Numbered from the whole stretch's first letter, positions 36,036-49,517 are shown. The stretch is DNA of 62,352 nucleotides, filler included, from Stramenopiles sp. TOSAG23-2 (GCA_900128395.1; 29 parts of 29 records of this genome joined end to end with filler, not necessarily neighbours in it); one strand, 5' to 3'. Program-made: numbers and translations. The notes: generated by a model from the sequence alone, not told the origin.

Positions 36036-37244
36036 AGAAAGAGACAGGATGTACGAGTATAAAACCCCCCATCAATATTCTAAACACGTAATGGATTTTT
36101 ATTATATTTTTTTAAGTTTTAAAGATACAGAGGGTAGTATTGGAAACATAATACGTCTTCATTGTACATACCCATTAATTACACAAATGTACGAATTTTA
36201 AAAACCACACCATTCCACACGCAACATATATAAAAAATTCTCTTATCATATTTATAAGTTAAAGATTTTATTTACTCATACTGTATATATATATATGTAT
36301 GTAATTACCAGAAATAACGCAACATATATATATATATAAAAAATTTCTCTTATTTATAATATATATATTATATCATTAATTAAATTATTTAATATTATCA
36401 TATGTGTAAATGCATATGTTATGATATGCATAATGATATGCACATCATATTTTTAAAAACTTAGATTTTAACCAGAGATCATTATTTTACATTATGTACA
36501 CACCCACAACAAGATTAGGAGTAAATACGAGTATGATATTATTAATAATTTTTAATATTTTTTCTTTTAAAACTTTTATCTTTGTGGGTCCACATTTTTT
36601 TTTAAATACTCTCAACTTTACATTGCATCGTAGATTTAAACTCTTCATATAANNNNNNNNNNNNNNNNNNNNNNNNNNNNNNNNNNNNNNNNNNNNTTAA
36701 TTAATTAANNNNNNNNNNNNNNNNNNNNNNNNNNNNNNNNNNNNNNNNNNNNCTACAGCTTGTCCGGGTCTTATATATATTATTTAAATGCATATATTTA
36801 AAATTTTCTCTTACTCATGTACGTAATATTATACGCTTCGTATAAAAATTTCTTTTACTCCCTTTCATTAACATCTCAAATCAAAAATGATTTAAATACT
36901 CATTGATATATATGTATGTATATATATACCTCGTATATATATATATATATATAAAAGTTTAGTACTCGTAAATTATTTACGTTCGTAGTATATAAAAATA
37001 ATTCTCTTATTTGCATATATGTATTTATATTTTAAAAATAAAAATAAAATTTATATATGATACACCCCGTATTATTATATATATATATTATATAATATAC
37101 GAGTATATATATAATATATTAATATATACGAAGTATATAATACACAATATTGTACCATATTTTAATATGTGTACGTAAAACATTTTTTAACCAAGATCAT
37201 ATATGTCGTATATCATATTACGTTCGAAGATGTATGATATAATT

Positions 37245-38474
37245 TTAATAATTACTTTCAAAATTGTCCACAATTCTCCGTACTTTACTTGACTTGCCTT
37301 TCACTTTCTTTTTTTTCCTAGCTCCCAAAGCGCCGTTCAGAAACATCCCAACATTAGTTTTGCGTTTCAATTTCCCCTGGTTCTGCCTTTGATTACCTTT
37401 TTTTTTAAAGTTACTTGTTTTACCCCAATTGTCATCAACAATGTCATCATCTGGTTCATCCGAACCCCATCCATCATTATTAGTATTATTTGTCCCTCCA
37501 TCGCTACCCCAGCCATCATCATCCTCGTCATCAAGGTTATCATCTTCATGATCTTCTGCATTAAGTTCATCGACATTTACGTCAGCATCTTTCTCGTCAT
37601 TTTTATCTTGTCGGTCCCACCCACTACTTTTTACATGTTCATTTTCTTCATCTGGTGGTAAATGAACACAAGGAACCTTTTTAAACATCCATTTATTGGC
37701 AGTTCGTTTATTTAATAAACTAACAGGCTCTCTCTTTCCTAGCCATATTACTTGAGGCCGTATATGATTCGATCCAATAACATGATGCACAACACTTCCC
37801 CTATCTAAAAGTACATGATAACCTAAATCACCAAGATTTCTCAACACAGTCCCAGAATGCCATTCCCCATCAGCAGTAGTAGGATCAACTAGGACATCTA
37901 CTTGATCCCCACGTGCAAATTCAGCAAGAGAACTACCGGCGGTATTTGAAGGTTTTGGTCGAACTAATAAAGCATCGACTTCTTCAGTTAATGCCGCACC
38001 CGCTTCAAGCTCTTCTTCCCAATCCCCTGTATATCGGATGTGATATTTGCGAACACGCTGTCCACTTTGATTCAATTCTAATATATTTACAATTTCTGCC
38101 TCGTATCTTATACCAGCATATCCATTAAAATAATCATCACTTAAATATTCACATATTGTTCCTACAGCAATTGCGTCTGGTAAATGGTTATCCATATCAT
38201 TAAAAGTTGGTTTTAATTTTTTAACTGTCTCGACTAATGACTTTTTCCAATTTTCATCTCTAGCGATTTCTTCTGCTGTTCTCTCTTTCGCTTTTATTAC
38301 AATCTTCAGCTTTTTTATTTTCTTCTTCGTCGGTACAGGTTGTTGAGACTTTTGATTCGTCGTCGTCGTCGTTGTTATTGTTGGAGCAGAGAGTAATGAA
38401 CCACTTGCATTTGTTCTCGTTTTGTTATTATTATATTGGTTACCTTTTGATGATATTAACAATTTCTTATGCAT
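37245..38474 (-). CDS. Tandem Agenet/Tudor domain protein
   Basis: G..CE......G....YEAEI...Y.IRY...LTEEV..VRPKP followed by F.RGDQVDV...GEWH.G.V....IRP..W; DGWGSD repeats. Confidence 0.75.
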   Translation of the reverse strand: MHKKLLISSKGNQYNNNKTRTNASGSLLSAPTITTTTTTNQKSQQPVPTKKKIKKLKIVIKAKERTAEEIARDENWKKSLVETVKKLKPTFNDMDNHLPDAIAVGTICEYLSDDYFNGYAGIRYEAEIVNILELNQSGQRVRKYHIRYTGDWEEELEAGAALTEEVDALLVRPKPSNTAGSSLAEFARGDQVDVLVDPTTADGEWHSGTVLRNLGDLGYHVLLDRGSVVHHVIGSNHIRPQVIWLGKREPVSLLNKRTANKWMFKKVPCVHLPPDEENEHVKSSGWDRQDKNDEKDADVNVDELNAEDHEDDNLDDEDDDGWGSDGGTNNTNNDGWGSDEPDDDIVDDNWGKTSNFKKKGNQRQNQGKLKRKTNVGMFLNGALGARKKKKVKGKSSKVRRIVDNFESNY

Positions 38475-38898
38475 GGTGTGGTAAACGTCTTATTATTTTT
38501 TTGTCTCTGCCTTTCGTTCGCTATGTTTTGTCTTGAAAATGATAATATGTTGTTATCAATATAAATATAAAAAATATTTGAAAAGTAAAATTATTATTTG
38601 TTATATTATATGATTAAATTGTTGTTATTATTGCCAGGATTGTTGTGGTATTATTTATTCTTTTATTATTAATTTATATTATTTATTTATTATTATTAAA
38701 TAATTCTAGAATAATGAATTGCAATAATAGTGAAAAAATAATAATGATGTAATCCATCCAGGTAATAAATGGCATCAGCAGTGCCAGAGAAAGGAAAANN
38801 NNNNNNNNNNNNNNNNNNNNNNNNNNNNNNNNNNNNNNNNNNTTAATTAATTAANNNNNNNNNNNNNNNNNNNNNNNNNNNNNNNNNNNNNNNNNNNN

Positions 38899-39491
38899 AA
38901 TAAAATAGTAACGCGAAAACCTATTCTTGAATCCCCTTTACTGAAAAATAACAAAGGTGTTGAAATCAAAAATAATATGAAGTGACACCAAACAAAACAT
39001 TTTGACTCAAAACTAGGGTCTAGCGGAAGAAGAAGCCTATGGTGTATACGGATAAAACTGATGACAATCCCTCCAGTTAGCACTATACATTTTAAAAATT
39101 CAATAAAAAAAGAAGATTGTGTCAAAACTGCTAATATTCCAACTAATACGAGAAAAATTGATATAATTGGTAATACAACATCCATATATATTTTTTTTTC
39201 CGTTGCAAACATAGAATACTCTGACAGACGAGAGCATCTTTTTTGCAACCAATCCATCAGTGGTACTCGTTTCTTTCTTATTTTTATGATGGTCCGATCT
39301 CTTTTGATTAATTTTTTGCCATTGACGCCGTGCATGAAAATTTCTATATCGTTCTCATCGAGTTTATCAACTTCATCCCAAATGGTTTCTATATTATCAA
39401 CATGTTTGTTAAAAACAACAAATAAATCTAATTCAGATTTCTTTTTCTTCCATCTACGTTGAATCACTTGCGCAGCTTGTGCCTCATTCAT
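38899..39491 (-). CDS. Multi-pass membrane protein with N-terminal IQ motif (3' partial)
   Basis: AAQVIQRRWKK, then at least three hydrophobic helices. Confidence 0.65.
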
Positions 39492-40672
39492 GGCAAATAA
39501 AAAAAAATTAGCTTAAAAACTTGTAATATTTGGGAAAACTTCGCTTTAACATTTATAATAACGGCAGTGGTTATATTTGCAAAAGTCTATTGCTGTGCTA
39601 AATGGTAAATGCAAGTATCTATATTGACTTCAAATAGATTGTTACAACTGTAGAAAAAAAAAACGCTATTATTGTTGTAATCACCTACAATATTCTGTAA
39701 TTATAGTAATGGACTGTTTTTTGGTTTAAATACATTTTTGCTTATTGTGTCTATTAGTATTTGCAACTGTTTTTCTTTTCATTTTCTTATGCAATGCACC
39801 AATGCACCACAATTCGTTCCTGTCGTTATTATTATATTTTCGCTATTATTCGCTGGTATTACCGTATTACCAGATTACTATTAATAGGGTATATTAAAGC
39901 GAGCTAGTGGTATTATATAATATCGATAACATAATATACAAGGACAGTAGTGCAGTAGGACCAGTATGCGGGCCGAATTGAGAAAAAGAATGCACTATGC
40001 ACTGCAGTGATGCATGGGCTGAATTCACCCAACAAATAATTGGATTTGCTTTGTGGACTTTAAATTATAGAAGGTAAATAGCATTATACAATCGACTGGC
40101 CTTTTTTTATTGTTTTTAGCCGTGCAAAATTCTTGGAAAAAAATCTTCATTTTTAGTTTTTTTGTTTTTTTGTAAACCACCTTAAATAATTTACCATAAA
40201 GTTTAGTATGGATTTAGATTAGGATCTCCCAGGGATCTCGGCATACTTCCTCGTAAACTACTGTGTAACCCTGGTGTAACTTTTTTTTTTCCGGCTCTAA
40301 TCCCCCCGCGCAAAAAACAAGAAAAAATTTGAAATTTGCAGCAAAAACTCACAAATTAATTAAGTTAAATTGTAAATAGAAAGAATTGCTAATGCAATTT
40401 CCTAAAAATTCCTCTCTAATTATACTTGTTAGAGTACTGAAATTCAAAATCATCCAAAAACCCATCCCACAGATCCCGCAACATTCACTATTCACCCTTT
40501 TTATTACTCACACACACTTACACTGTAAATATATCTTATATCTTTTTCTATTTTAAATTATTGTTTTTAATGCCTAAGAAACGATTGATATAGAGCTAAC
40601 AAAAAAAAACAACAAAGAATTAATATCCTTATATAAACAAGAAACAAATCAAATCTAAAGAAACATTTAAAG

Positions 40673-40944
40673 ATGGCTATTGTACCAGAAAGTTATTCAG
40701 TAAGATTCCTTCAGTAAGTTTTTTTTGTTTTTACATTTATTCCTCAAAATCCACCTTTCTTTTTCCTCTCCCCAAGTGTGCGTCTTGTCTCTAACCAATA
40801 AAATTACACGTATCTATCTATATATAATTTTTAAACATAGAATGTATTATACATTCTTCGGTTTAGCTGCATTTGCAATACCTGATAAAATGATGTCAAT
40901 GTACCAAGCAGATACTCCAAGTGGTGCGAAAAATCAACGTATTA
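40673..40944 (+). CDS. Small membrane protein start; exons 40673-40713 and 40841-40944 (3' partial)
   Basis: GTAAGT at 40714, CTAAC near 40790, TAG at 40840; spliced product MAIVPESYSVRFLQMYYTFFGLAAFAIPDKMM is in frame. Confidence 0.7.
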
Positions 40945-41044
40945 NNNNNNNNNNNNNNNNNNNNNNNNNNNNNNNNNNNNNNNNNNNNTTAATTAATTAA
41001 NNNNNNNNNNNNNNNNNNNNNNNNNNNNNNNNNNNNNNNNNNNN

Positions 41045-43090
41045 GCCGTGTACTTCTCGCCATAATATGTTCCAGTAATTTCATATTCACACCCTGGATC
41101 ACCTGGAGTCCCACGAATGGCTTTAATTTGTGCATACTCATCTTCATTTTCAATGAGTTCTGAGCACCATACATATTCACCGACAGCAAATTTTGCAACT
41201 GTTTTTTTCTTGCTATTATCATCATCAAAATCATCTGGATTAAAAACTTTGCGTTTTTTTGATTTAGATTTCTCTGGTAAACCAAGGATATTTAATGTTT
41301 CTATGATACTTGCGATTTTAATTCGGCTGGAAAAATCCATTTCCATGTCCTTTCTTTTGTAACGTTTCACTCGAACAGTTTTTCCAAAGGCAAGCATTGT
41401 GCTTTCATATTTTTGAACCAAAAATCGATTTGTTTGTTGTGAATTAAGAGCTTTAATCTCTATTATAAGTATAAAATCATTATATGATGAAGCCTCATTA
41501 ATAGCATACCCTCGCAGTCTCTTATATGTACCTCTGCTACTTTCATCTTGCCAAAATTGATAATTTTCTAATAGGGATTCTGGTATTAATCCATGCAATA
41601 GACGAGGAGGTATGTATAATTCCTCCCCACCGCTTAAATTTTTTTTATGACTTTTCTCACGAAGTATGACTACACTCGCTTGAGGCGCTGCGTTGAACGG
41701 TTTGTGAACTATATCATTCATTAGAAATGGATTGACACTCGAAGGATACGGTTTGCCTGCACCATATTTCCACCATGATGGATATGGATTTCTTCTATTA
41801 TCTTTTGACGGTTGTAGCTCTTTTAAACAATATCTTACATCTGATGACATGTGTAATGTATACCACCATTCACGTCCATGTGAAACACATTCATATATAT
41901 GAACACATTTTAACCGTCGAAAGATATAGACTAGTTTGAATGGTCCACCCAAGGATTGATGTAAGCCTAACAATACAGCAACCTCTGCATTTTCTGCAAG
42001 CGATTCCTCAGGCATCATGAATTGCATTGCTTTAGGATTAGGTCCATTGAAAAAGCTCTTTCTAATAGGCTCCCATATTCTGGTAATCCACCGTTCACTT
42101 TCAAAAAGTTCCCCTGGATCATATTCTCTTTCCCATATGTCATCAACAGGGCTACAATTTGGATCCCCGTCGGGCCAATACTGTATAATATGATTCAAAC
42201 CTACAAGTCGGTAACACTGTCTATGTTCACTGTTTTCTAGCATTGAAGCTTGAATGGTGCTTTCACCAAAAATACATTTTGCATCGGGATGATTTGCAAT
42301 ATCAGTTTCTAACGCCGCTAAATGCCTTGAACGTAATGTTAACTGCCCAATCATTACATCAATTTCAATTCCCAAATTTCCACTATCTTTCAATTCTTGA
42401 ACATCTTCCATACTATTCGATCGCGCTAAAAACCCATTTGGGGCCCTTGCTTCTTCCATTTCTTTTGTTTCTAGTTTACTTTCTCCATTATCGTCGTCAA
42501 CATTAGCAACAGTTCGTGTCGAGCCAACAGCAAAACGTCCGATAGACCTTTGTCCTAGAATATAATTCCAGCGATTTGGACTTTGCACATTTTCAAAGTC
42601 TTTTCCGTTCATGCTACCTGTAATACTAGTGCTTGGATACACCACATTTTCCATTGCATTATCCAGAATATTTTGAGGCAAGCCACGCAAATATAATATA
42701 ATTTTACGTTGTTGTTTTAATAACATTTCGTACAGTTGAAATTCTGGAACAAGTAGTTGTCCTTTGAAACGACTACCTTTATTCCATGTATGGCGAGTTG
42801 TTAAAAACACAAAACTTCCTAATAACGAAGCAGCTTCTTTTACAGATTTTATTTTTGTATTTCTATATATAAGAATTTTATGTGCATGTATATCGCATGC
42901 AAGTCTTGTATTTACATCGATTATCTTTTCATTACTTTCGCCTTCATCGGCCTGCCGTTGCAATCTATATAAATAATCCTCAAGCAAATCATAATATGCC
43001 CCAGTGAGCACTTTCAACAGTTGTTGTCTACCACGTTCAAGTCTCTTCAAACGAGTTGGTGATATTTCAACACCGCGCAATTTTTCTGTC
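41045..43090 (-). CDS. Internal fragment of a very large protein, resembling protist giant DUF3638/DUF3645-associated proteins
   Basis: Open across the whole contig; EID..IGQLTL, HR..YRLVG..H.IQYW and YIP.RLL.GLIP..LL..Y.FWQ recalled from that family, not verified. Confidence 0.45.
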
Positions 43091-43673
43091 NNNNNNNNNN
43101 NNNNNNNNNNNNNNNNNNNNNNNNNNNNNNNNNNTTAATTAATTAANNNNNNNNNNNNNNNNNNNNNNNNNNNNNNNNNNNNNNNNNNNNTGTATCTCCA
43201 AGACTTAAGGTTAATTCTCAAAAAAAGACTACTATACTTGATAGGGTTTGCAGCCAATACAGGCAATAGCTCCATATCTCACACCTTTAAATTAAAGACT
43301 TATAAGATGTGCTATCGTTGTTGGGGAAGAGAAACGCTACTGGGGAAGAATCGCGTAAAAAGCCCCCGTATCAAAAATGGTGTAGACCGTTTGGTCCTGA
43401 TATTTAGAGATACAAACAGTCATTCCGTTACAGAAAGAATAAGCGTGGTACTTGCGATCGTCGACGCCGTCGTCGTCGAAGAAGATTAAAATGAAAGTCA
43501 AGAAGTAGAGAAAAAAGAAAAATTGAGAGAACACTAAAAAATACGACACACGCATTTTAAATAAATTAATATGTGGACACTCTCTCTCTCTCTTTAAATA
43601 GTACGAGGCGTATGATGATATAATATACGAAGTCGTATTATGATAATCATACATGAATGATACAAACACATAT

Positions 43674-44123
43674 TTACTCGCCAATTAATTTCATTTTAAT
43701 TGCTGTTGTTTCAAGTATCTTTTTTTTTTCATTCTCAACATAACGGCGTATAATTTCCCGTCGTGGTTTTAATTGTTCAATTCGTTCATCTAACTTCAAT
43801 TTTCGACGTTTATCAATTCTTCCTTCTCTCAACACACGCAAATCAGCTTCATGTGGATTCTCAAAAATTTTATATAATTTGTTCTTTATTTCCTCTACAT
43901 TTTTCTGTATTTGTATCGAATTATTATTTACATTATTTCCCAATGATTCTTGTGAATCAGCGTTACTCATATTTACAACGGTAGTTTTTAAATAGTTACT
44001 GTCTATTTTGGATCTTTCAATAGATTTACCAGTACGATTAATAAATTCATTTAACAACGTCTCCACTACTTCTAAATCTTTGGTATAGAAGGTATCTAAC
44101 AATTTTTGAAATATATTTCCCAT
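43674..44123 (-). CDS. Apparent chimera: Arf-like (ARL8-type) GTPase N-terminus joined to an unrelated C-terminus
   Basis: MGNIFQKLLDTFYTKDLEVV is an Arf-like amphipathic start, but the G1 P-loop that should follow is absent. Confidence 0.5.
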   Translation of the reverse strand: MGNIFQKLLDTFYTKDLEVVETLLNEFINRTGKSIERSKIDSNYLKTTVVNMSNADSQESLGNNVNNNSIQIQKNVEEIKNKLYKIFENPHEADLRVLREGRIDKRRKLKLDERIEQLKPRREIIRRYVENEKKKILETTAIKMKLIGE

Positions 44124-45721
44124 GATAATAATACTACTAATAATAATACTGATAATAATTAGAAGAACAACTATATATAAATATATATTGTGTATATATA
44201 ACAATGTAATATCGCAACAACAATGTTAACCAGGTAGATAAACAATAACGATTTGTTTGATTTTCTCTTATATATAGATCGAAATATGCTTACATAATTG
44301 AAATAATTCATTTAATGAAAAGTCTTGAGAGATAGACTATATAATTCAAAATAATAATTAATCGCTGTGAGGAAGAACTTCATAATAATCATCATCATCA
44401 GAAAACCTCGACGTGTATAATTATTTAGTCGAATTAAGGTATTAACGAAGCCATATAATATAGGGGCCGCTTTATGCTACGCCACTCCGTACCTGCTTGT
44501 CCAGAAAGATTATACAAACACACCAACAGACCAGCAGCCAGATCTAGATTTGGACCTGGAAGATATTAGTTACAGTACTATACCACCACTGTGTGGTATC
44601 GTCAGCTATGAGAAAGCCTGGAAAGCCTGGAAGCGAGAGAACGCGGCCGCGAAAAGCAGATGTATTATATAGATATAAACAAAAAACCGAAAAAGGCTGA
44701 TATAAACAAAAACCAGAAGGAAACCACAAAAATCATCAAAAAAAATGAGAAATAGACGACTCGTCAAATAAATAGCAGGTAAATATACGTCTTACGAAAC
44801 CACAGAATAATCCATTTAATGAAATTGGATGTAACCCTAATTCCGAGAATAAAATTTTAGTTGAAGACTTGAATGGGAAAAAAATGGTGACAGATATATT
44901 TGATCGTCCAGTTGTTTTGATAAGCAATTAAAGGGAGTGCAATCATTTTTAACCGCGAGATTAACGAGATGAATTGTGTTATTATTGATGTGAATATGTG
45001 TGATAGTGTGGTGAATATCATTTTTAAATTTAATAAAATTATGATATGATGATATGTCATATATATATGTTTTGATCTAGTAAAATATGTATAATTGGTG
45101 TATGATACGATTCGTACTTTATTAAAAGAGTATATATATATAATATATATTATAATATATATATCATATAATCAAACGTTCATCTACAATTTTACTTAAA
45201 AGTATGAACAATAATGAAATGCATATGACAACGNNNNNNNNNNNNNNNNNNNNNNNNNNNNNNNNNNNNNNNNNNNNTTAATTAATTAANNNNNNNNNNN
45301 NNNNNNNNNNNNNNNNNNNNNNNNNNNNNNNNNTGATACAATTTATACACAATAGTATGAACAAGGCATTAAGAAAATATCATCAAAACTTCCAATAAAT
45401 TACATGATGATAGATGCAAAAATCTAATGAAAAATGAAAATATTTCCATTCTTGATTATCATCATGATTTCATGCTCTAAATTACATTTTTATATCGATA
45501 CAATATTATTATTATACAAAATATCCGATATACTATTTGATATAAATCAATTATTATTATAGTAATTTATAATATTATATTTTGACTATATAATTCCATA
45601 ATTAAAAAAAACCAAAGGTATAGAAATAATAATGCTTTTATTTCACCCACACTGAGAGGCTGATGATGCGTGTGAAACCGATTAATTTTTTTTTAGATAT
45701 TACCAGGTACATACAATTGCA

Positions 45722-46609
45722 ATGCACCAATGTAATTGCCATAACAATTGCATGTACTATATGTACTTAAATGCCCACATTTATTATCATAAAAAATACA
45801 TGAAGATGCATGATGGGGTAATGATGGAAAGAGACGACATTCATATCATGTTACCACAACAAGAAATATTAGATGCAACAGCTCTCATCTTGTTATGGAT
45901 TGGTATTTTTAATAAAATTAGAGGATTTGAAAACTTCAGTGTCTTAATTACTACCTTTACTCAAATATTATCCGATATACGTTATTTTATGATCATGTTG
46001 TTAGTTTTAATATGTGCATTTGCAATGGCATTTAAACTGTTAGTGCGCGCGGAAGATATTTTTGATAATGTAGTAGCAATTGAATCAACATATAATTTAA
46101 TGTTTGGTATGACTGATTTAGATGTTTTTGTAGATTATGATAATAATGCCATATCAACTGCTGCAAGAGTGTTCGTAGCATTTTTTTTATTTCTAGTAGT
46201 AATTGTAATGTTAAATATGTTAATTGCAATTATGGCAGATTCATTTGATAATGTACAAGAAAATTTAAAAATACAATCATTTCGTGCCAAAGCAAGAGTT
46301 TGCGCGGATTTATTAATTGATTTTAGTGAAAGACATCCATTGTTTAAACAAGAATATTTGCATATTTGCACGATAAAAGATGAAGCAGGTGAAAGTGCCT
46401 TGATGAGCAATCAATCTCAATGGGAAGGGAGGTTAAAAGCGGTGAAAAGGGAGATTAAAGAGAGTAATGCGATGATGGATGCTAAGATGAATGAGATGAA
46501 AGCTGAGATGAGCGAGATGAAAGCTGAGATGAAAGCTGAGATGAGCGAGATGAAAGCTGAGATGAAAGCGAATATGGAAAAAATATTGGAAGCTGTTTTA
46601 AAAAAGTAA
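45722..46609 (+). CDS. TRP-like cation channel, S4-S6 and coiled-coil tail (5' end unclear)
   Basis: LLW....IRGF, I.SDIRYF, pore TYNLMFG, VVIVMLNMLIAIMADSF, WEGRL and MKAEMSE heptads. Confidence 0.85.
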   Translation: MHQCNCHNNCMYYMYLNAHIYYHKKYMKMHDGVMMERDDIHIMLPQQEILDATALILLWIGIFNKIRGFENFSVLITTFTQILSDIRYFMIMLLVLICAFAMAFKLLVRAEDIFDNVVAIESTYNLMFGMTDLDVFVDYDNNAISTAARVFVAFFLFLVVIVMLNMLIAIMADSFDNVQENLKIQSFRAKARVCADLLIDFSERHPLFKQEYLHICTIKDEAGESALMSNQSQWEGRLKAVKREIKESNAMMDAKMNEMKAEMSEMKAEMKAEMSEMKAEMKANMEKILEAVLKK

Positions 46610-47099
46610 AGCAATATTATACCAATCTCACCACGTTGTTTTCTTTTGTGGTGACGGCACGACGGCTGTTGATCATCAATCATCAATTCTAGATCAATGG
46701 TAAAAAAAAAAAATTATTTTGTAATTTTATAATAATTTTCCCATTAAAAAAAACATCTGTATTTCTTAGTATACGTATATCTCCTCCTATCTACACACTA
46801 AAAATCCAAAAAAAAAATCACCAAAATAAATATATATAAAGTGGTGTTTATACAAGTCTGTCATCTATAACATTTAGGAAAGGAGAAAAAGGCAGAAGGA
46901 TTGGAAAGTCATTAAATGTATATCATACGTATCATATTGACACATGACCACGTTCCTAAACGCCTATAAACGAGGTAATGTTTTTAAAAATATGAGGTGG
47001 GGGAGAATTCTTCGTAAATTTGTAAATTTTAACTCTTATATATAAAATTTATTGATATGGTGAAAAATGAGATATAGACTTTATATATCTCGTTTGGAC

Positions 47100-47271
47100 G
47101 TATTAGTTTGCAGACGTGCATTTTAGAGCTTCACTAGATAGTGTTCGTAGAGGATATACTTTTCGTAGAATATTTTTTACAGTACGAGTATTATTAAAAG
47201 ATTGAGTGTATTTGAGCATATTATTTACCACGGGGAAGTAAATTTATTTTATAACACTTAGATTTTAACCC
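47100..47271 (+). repeat. Dispersed repeat family A, long copy
   Basis: GTATTAGTTTGCAGAsGTGCATTwTAGAGCTT...TTGAGCATATT...CACG.GAAGT...TATAACACTTAGATTTTAACCC shared with 14890-15025. Confidence 0.9.
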
Positions 47272-47476
47272 CCATCACACACACATTTTTTTTAATACGA
47301 TCGTATTATATTACCTCTCCCTCATCTTTTTTTCAATCTCACTTCTTTGCATCATTTATTAAATCAACACCACATCNNNNNNNNNNNNNNNNNNNNNNNN
47401 NNNNNNNNNNNNNNNNNNNNTTAATTAATTAANNNNNNNNNNNNNNNNNNNNNNNNNNNNNNNNNNNNNNNNNNNN

Positions 47477-47584
47477 ATAATCTATTGCAACAATTGCTTC
47501 ATTATTAATCACAATTGTTACTATAATAAATTTATTGTTTTCTTTCTTCTTATTTTCTTTCTTGGATGATGCGCTAACACCCAT
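47477..47584 (-). CDS. Gene start with myristoylation-like MGVSASS (3' partial)
   Basis: MGVSASSKKENKKKENNKFIIVTIV open to the contig edge. Confidence 0.5.
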
Positions 47585-47799
47585 GATATTGTAATGATAC
47601 TATACACAACGATAGTGTGGCGCGGGTTATTGCTATTATTATAATTTCGAAAAAGGTTTTAAAAAATTACAAAATCTGTTTAACATATATATATATATAT
47701 TCGAAATATAAATATATTCATGAATCTATCATCATAAAATCTATAAAAAAGTAAAAAATAATACGCGATAAGCACATAATAATAAATCTAATACCTATA

Positions 47800-48351
47800 T
47801 AGGGGTGCAAAAACCTGGTCCATCGTATTCACCTGCTATATATACAATAGATATAGCATACAAGATAGACATACCATTGTAAATATTTGATAGATATATT
47901 ACAGGTATTTAGTATAGCCATAAGTACGAAGTGATTCACGGCAAGAACCAAGAATTGGAATGCAGGAGATTTTCGCAACTTTTGTATTATAGCCAAAAAC
48001 CATATATCAATATCTAATAATTTATGATAGACATACCATTGTAAATATTTGATAGATATATTACAGGTATTTAGTATAGCGATAAGTACGAAGTGATTCA
48101 CGGCAAGAACCTAGAATTGGAATGCAGGAGATTTTCGCAATTTTTGTGATGTAGCCAAAAGTCATATATATATATTACCTATATTTATGTTAAATGCATC
48201 TAATTGCGAAAATGGACTGATAAAATTAATGACAGTAGCCAATCGTATGTACCTAGTAAATAAATATAATATAGTAATACCATTATAATGCTATGTAGTG
48301 TATATACCACTATAGCAGGTGAATACGATGGACCAGGTTTTTGCACCCCTA
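47800..48351. mobile_element. Complete MITE, 552 nt, perfect 41-nt TIRs, TA target-site duplication (Tc1/mariner-like)
   Basis: TAGGGGTGCAAAAACCTGGTCCATCGTATTCACCTGCTATA at 47800-47840 and its exact reverse complement at 48311-48351; TA on both flanks; internal imperfect duplication with 162-nt period. Confidence 0.92.
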
Positions 48352-48908
48352 TAGGAACCAGCTAATAAAAGTGTTGGTTTGGTTTTTTTTTTTTATTTTT
48401 TTGTACTACTATGTAATTATGTATACCAGATACACTATCAAAATTTGCCTATCAAAACGGGCGCAGAAGAAGAAAAGCAAAAGAACCCACCGCCCGACTT
48501 CTCGTCCGACTGTGAGGAAATTGCATTTATTTTAAAATACGTAAAAAGGAATATATATATATATTTTATTTTTCTATTTTATATTAGCTATGATATGCAT
48601 AAGTTGAATTAGAATTGCATGATGGTGTGTGTCAATCTATAATTCGTACACGTAAATTCTTGTATTTTTGAAAATGGTACGTACCTCGAGTAGGAAGAGG
48701 TAAAATGGTGATTTAAACCATTAAAAAAAATATTATATCATACGCTTCGTACCGTATATATATATACTCTGTATATATATTCTCGTATATTAATAATACC
48801 CACACAACATATATTCACAAACTTTTTTATCGAAATGGTATAAGCTTTTGATGATAAATATTTGCTATTACATCGGTACTATCAAGTTGTTGTTGTTGTT
48901 AAACTTTT

Positions 48909-49517
48909 TTATCGAAATGGTATAAGCTTTTGATGATAAATATTTGCTATTACATCGGTACTATCGAGTTGTTGTTGTTGTTGTTGCTGATAATTATTAC
49001 GTTGTCGTGATACTAATCCTGTCATAATATTTTTATTATTGTTATACATTTTCAATTTTTGTTCAGTTTTATATTGATTCATATCTTTCACTTTACCACC
49101 TTTTGTTTTTTTATATTTGCTCCATTCTTTGTATCTATCACGTCCAATCATTTCAACAAAATGTTTCATGGATGATGATGTGTTATGATTGTTTTTTTTC
49201 CTTTTGTTTTTATTTCGTTTAACAATTTTATGCACATTACGTCTACCATTTAAATTATATAAATTAGTATTTGTTCCTGGTGGTGGTGATGGCTTTCGAT
49301 AATGATTGTTATTGTTGCAATTATTTTGTGATGAATCTTGGCTATTAATTATTGTTTTATTAACAATTAATGCTTTTTTTGGTTTACCAATAACATGTAC
49401 ACGTGAAGATGAAATGGTTGTATTATTTATCGATGATGGTGTACGTAAATAATTTTCTTTTTCTTTTTCAATATTTTGAATTTCTTTTTGAACATTTAAT
49501 GTACGTATATCGTTAAA
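48909..49517 (-). CDS. C-terminal low-complexity fragment of an unknown protein; last 82 nt duplicated (48819-48982)
   Basis: Frame open from about 49468 to the stop at 48909, with a frameshift near 49460. Confidence 0.45.
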   Translation of the reverse strand, partial: FNDIRTLNVQKEIQNIEKEKENYLRTPSSINNTTISSSRVHVIGKPKKALIVNKTIINSQDSSQNNCNNNNHYRKPSPPPGTNTNLYNLNGRRNVHKIVKRNKNKRKKNNHNTSSSMKHFVEMIGRDRYKEWSKYKKTKGGKVKDMNQYKTEQKLKMYNNNKNIMTGLVSRQRNNYQQQQQQQLDSTDVIANIYHQKLIPFR

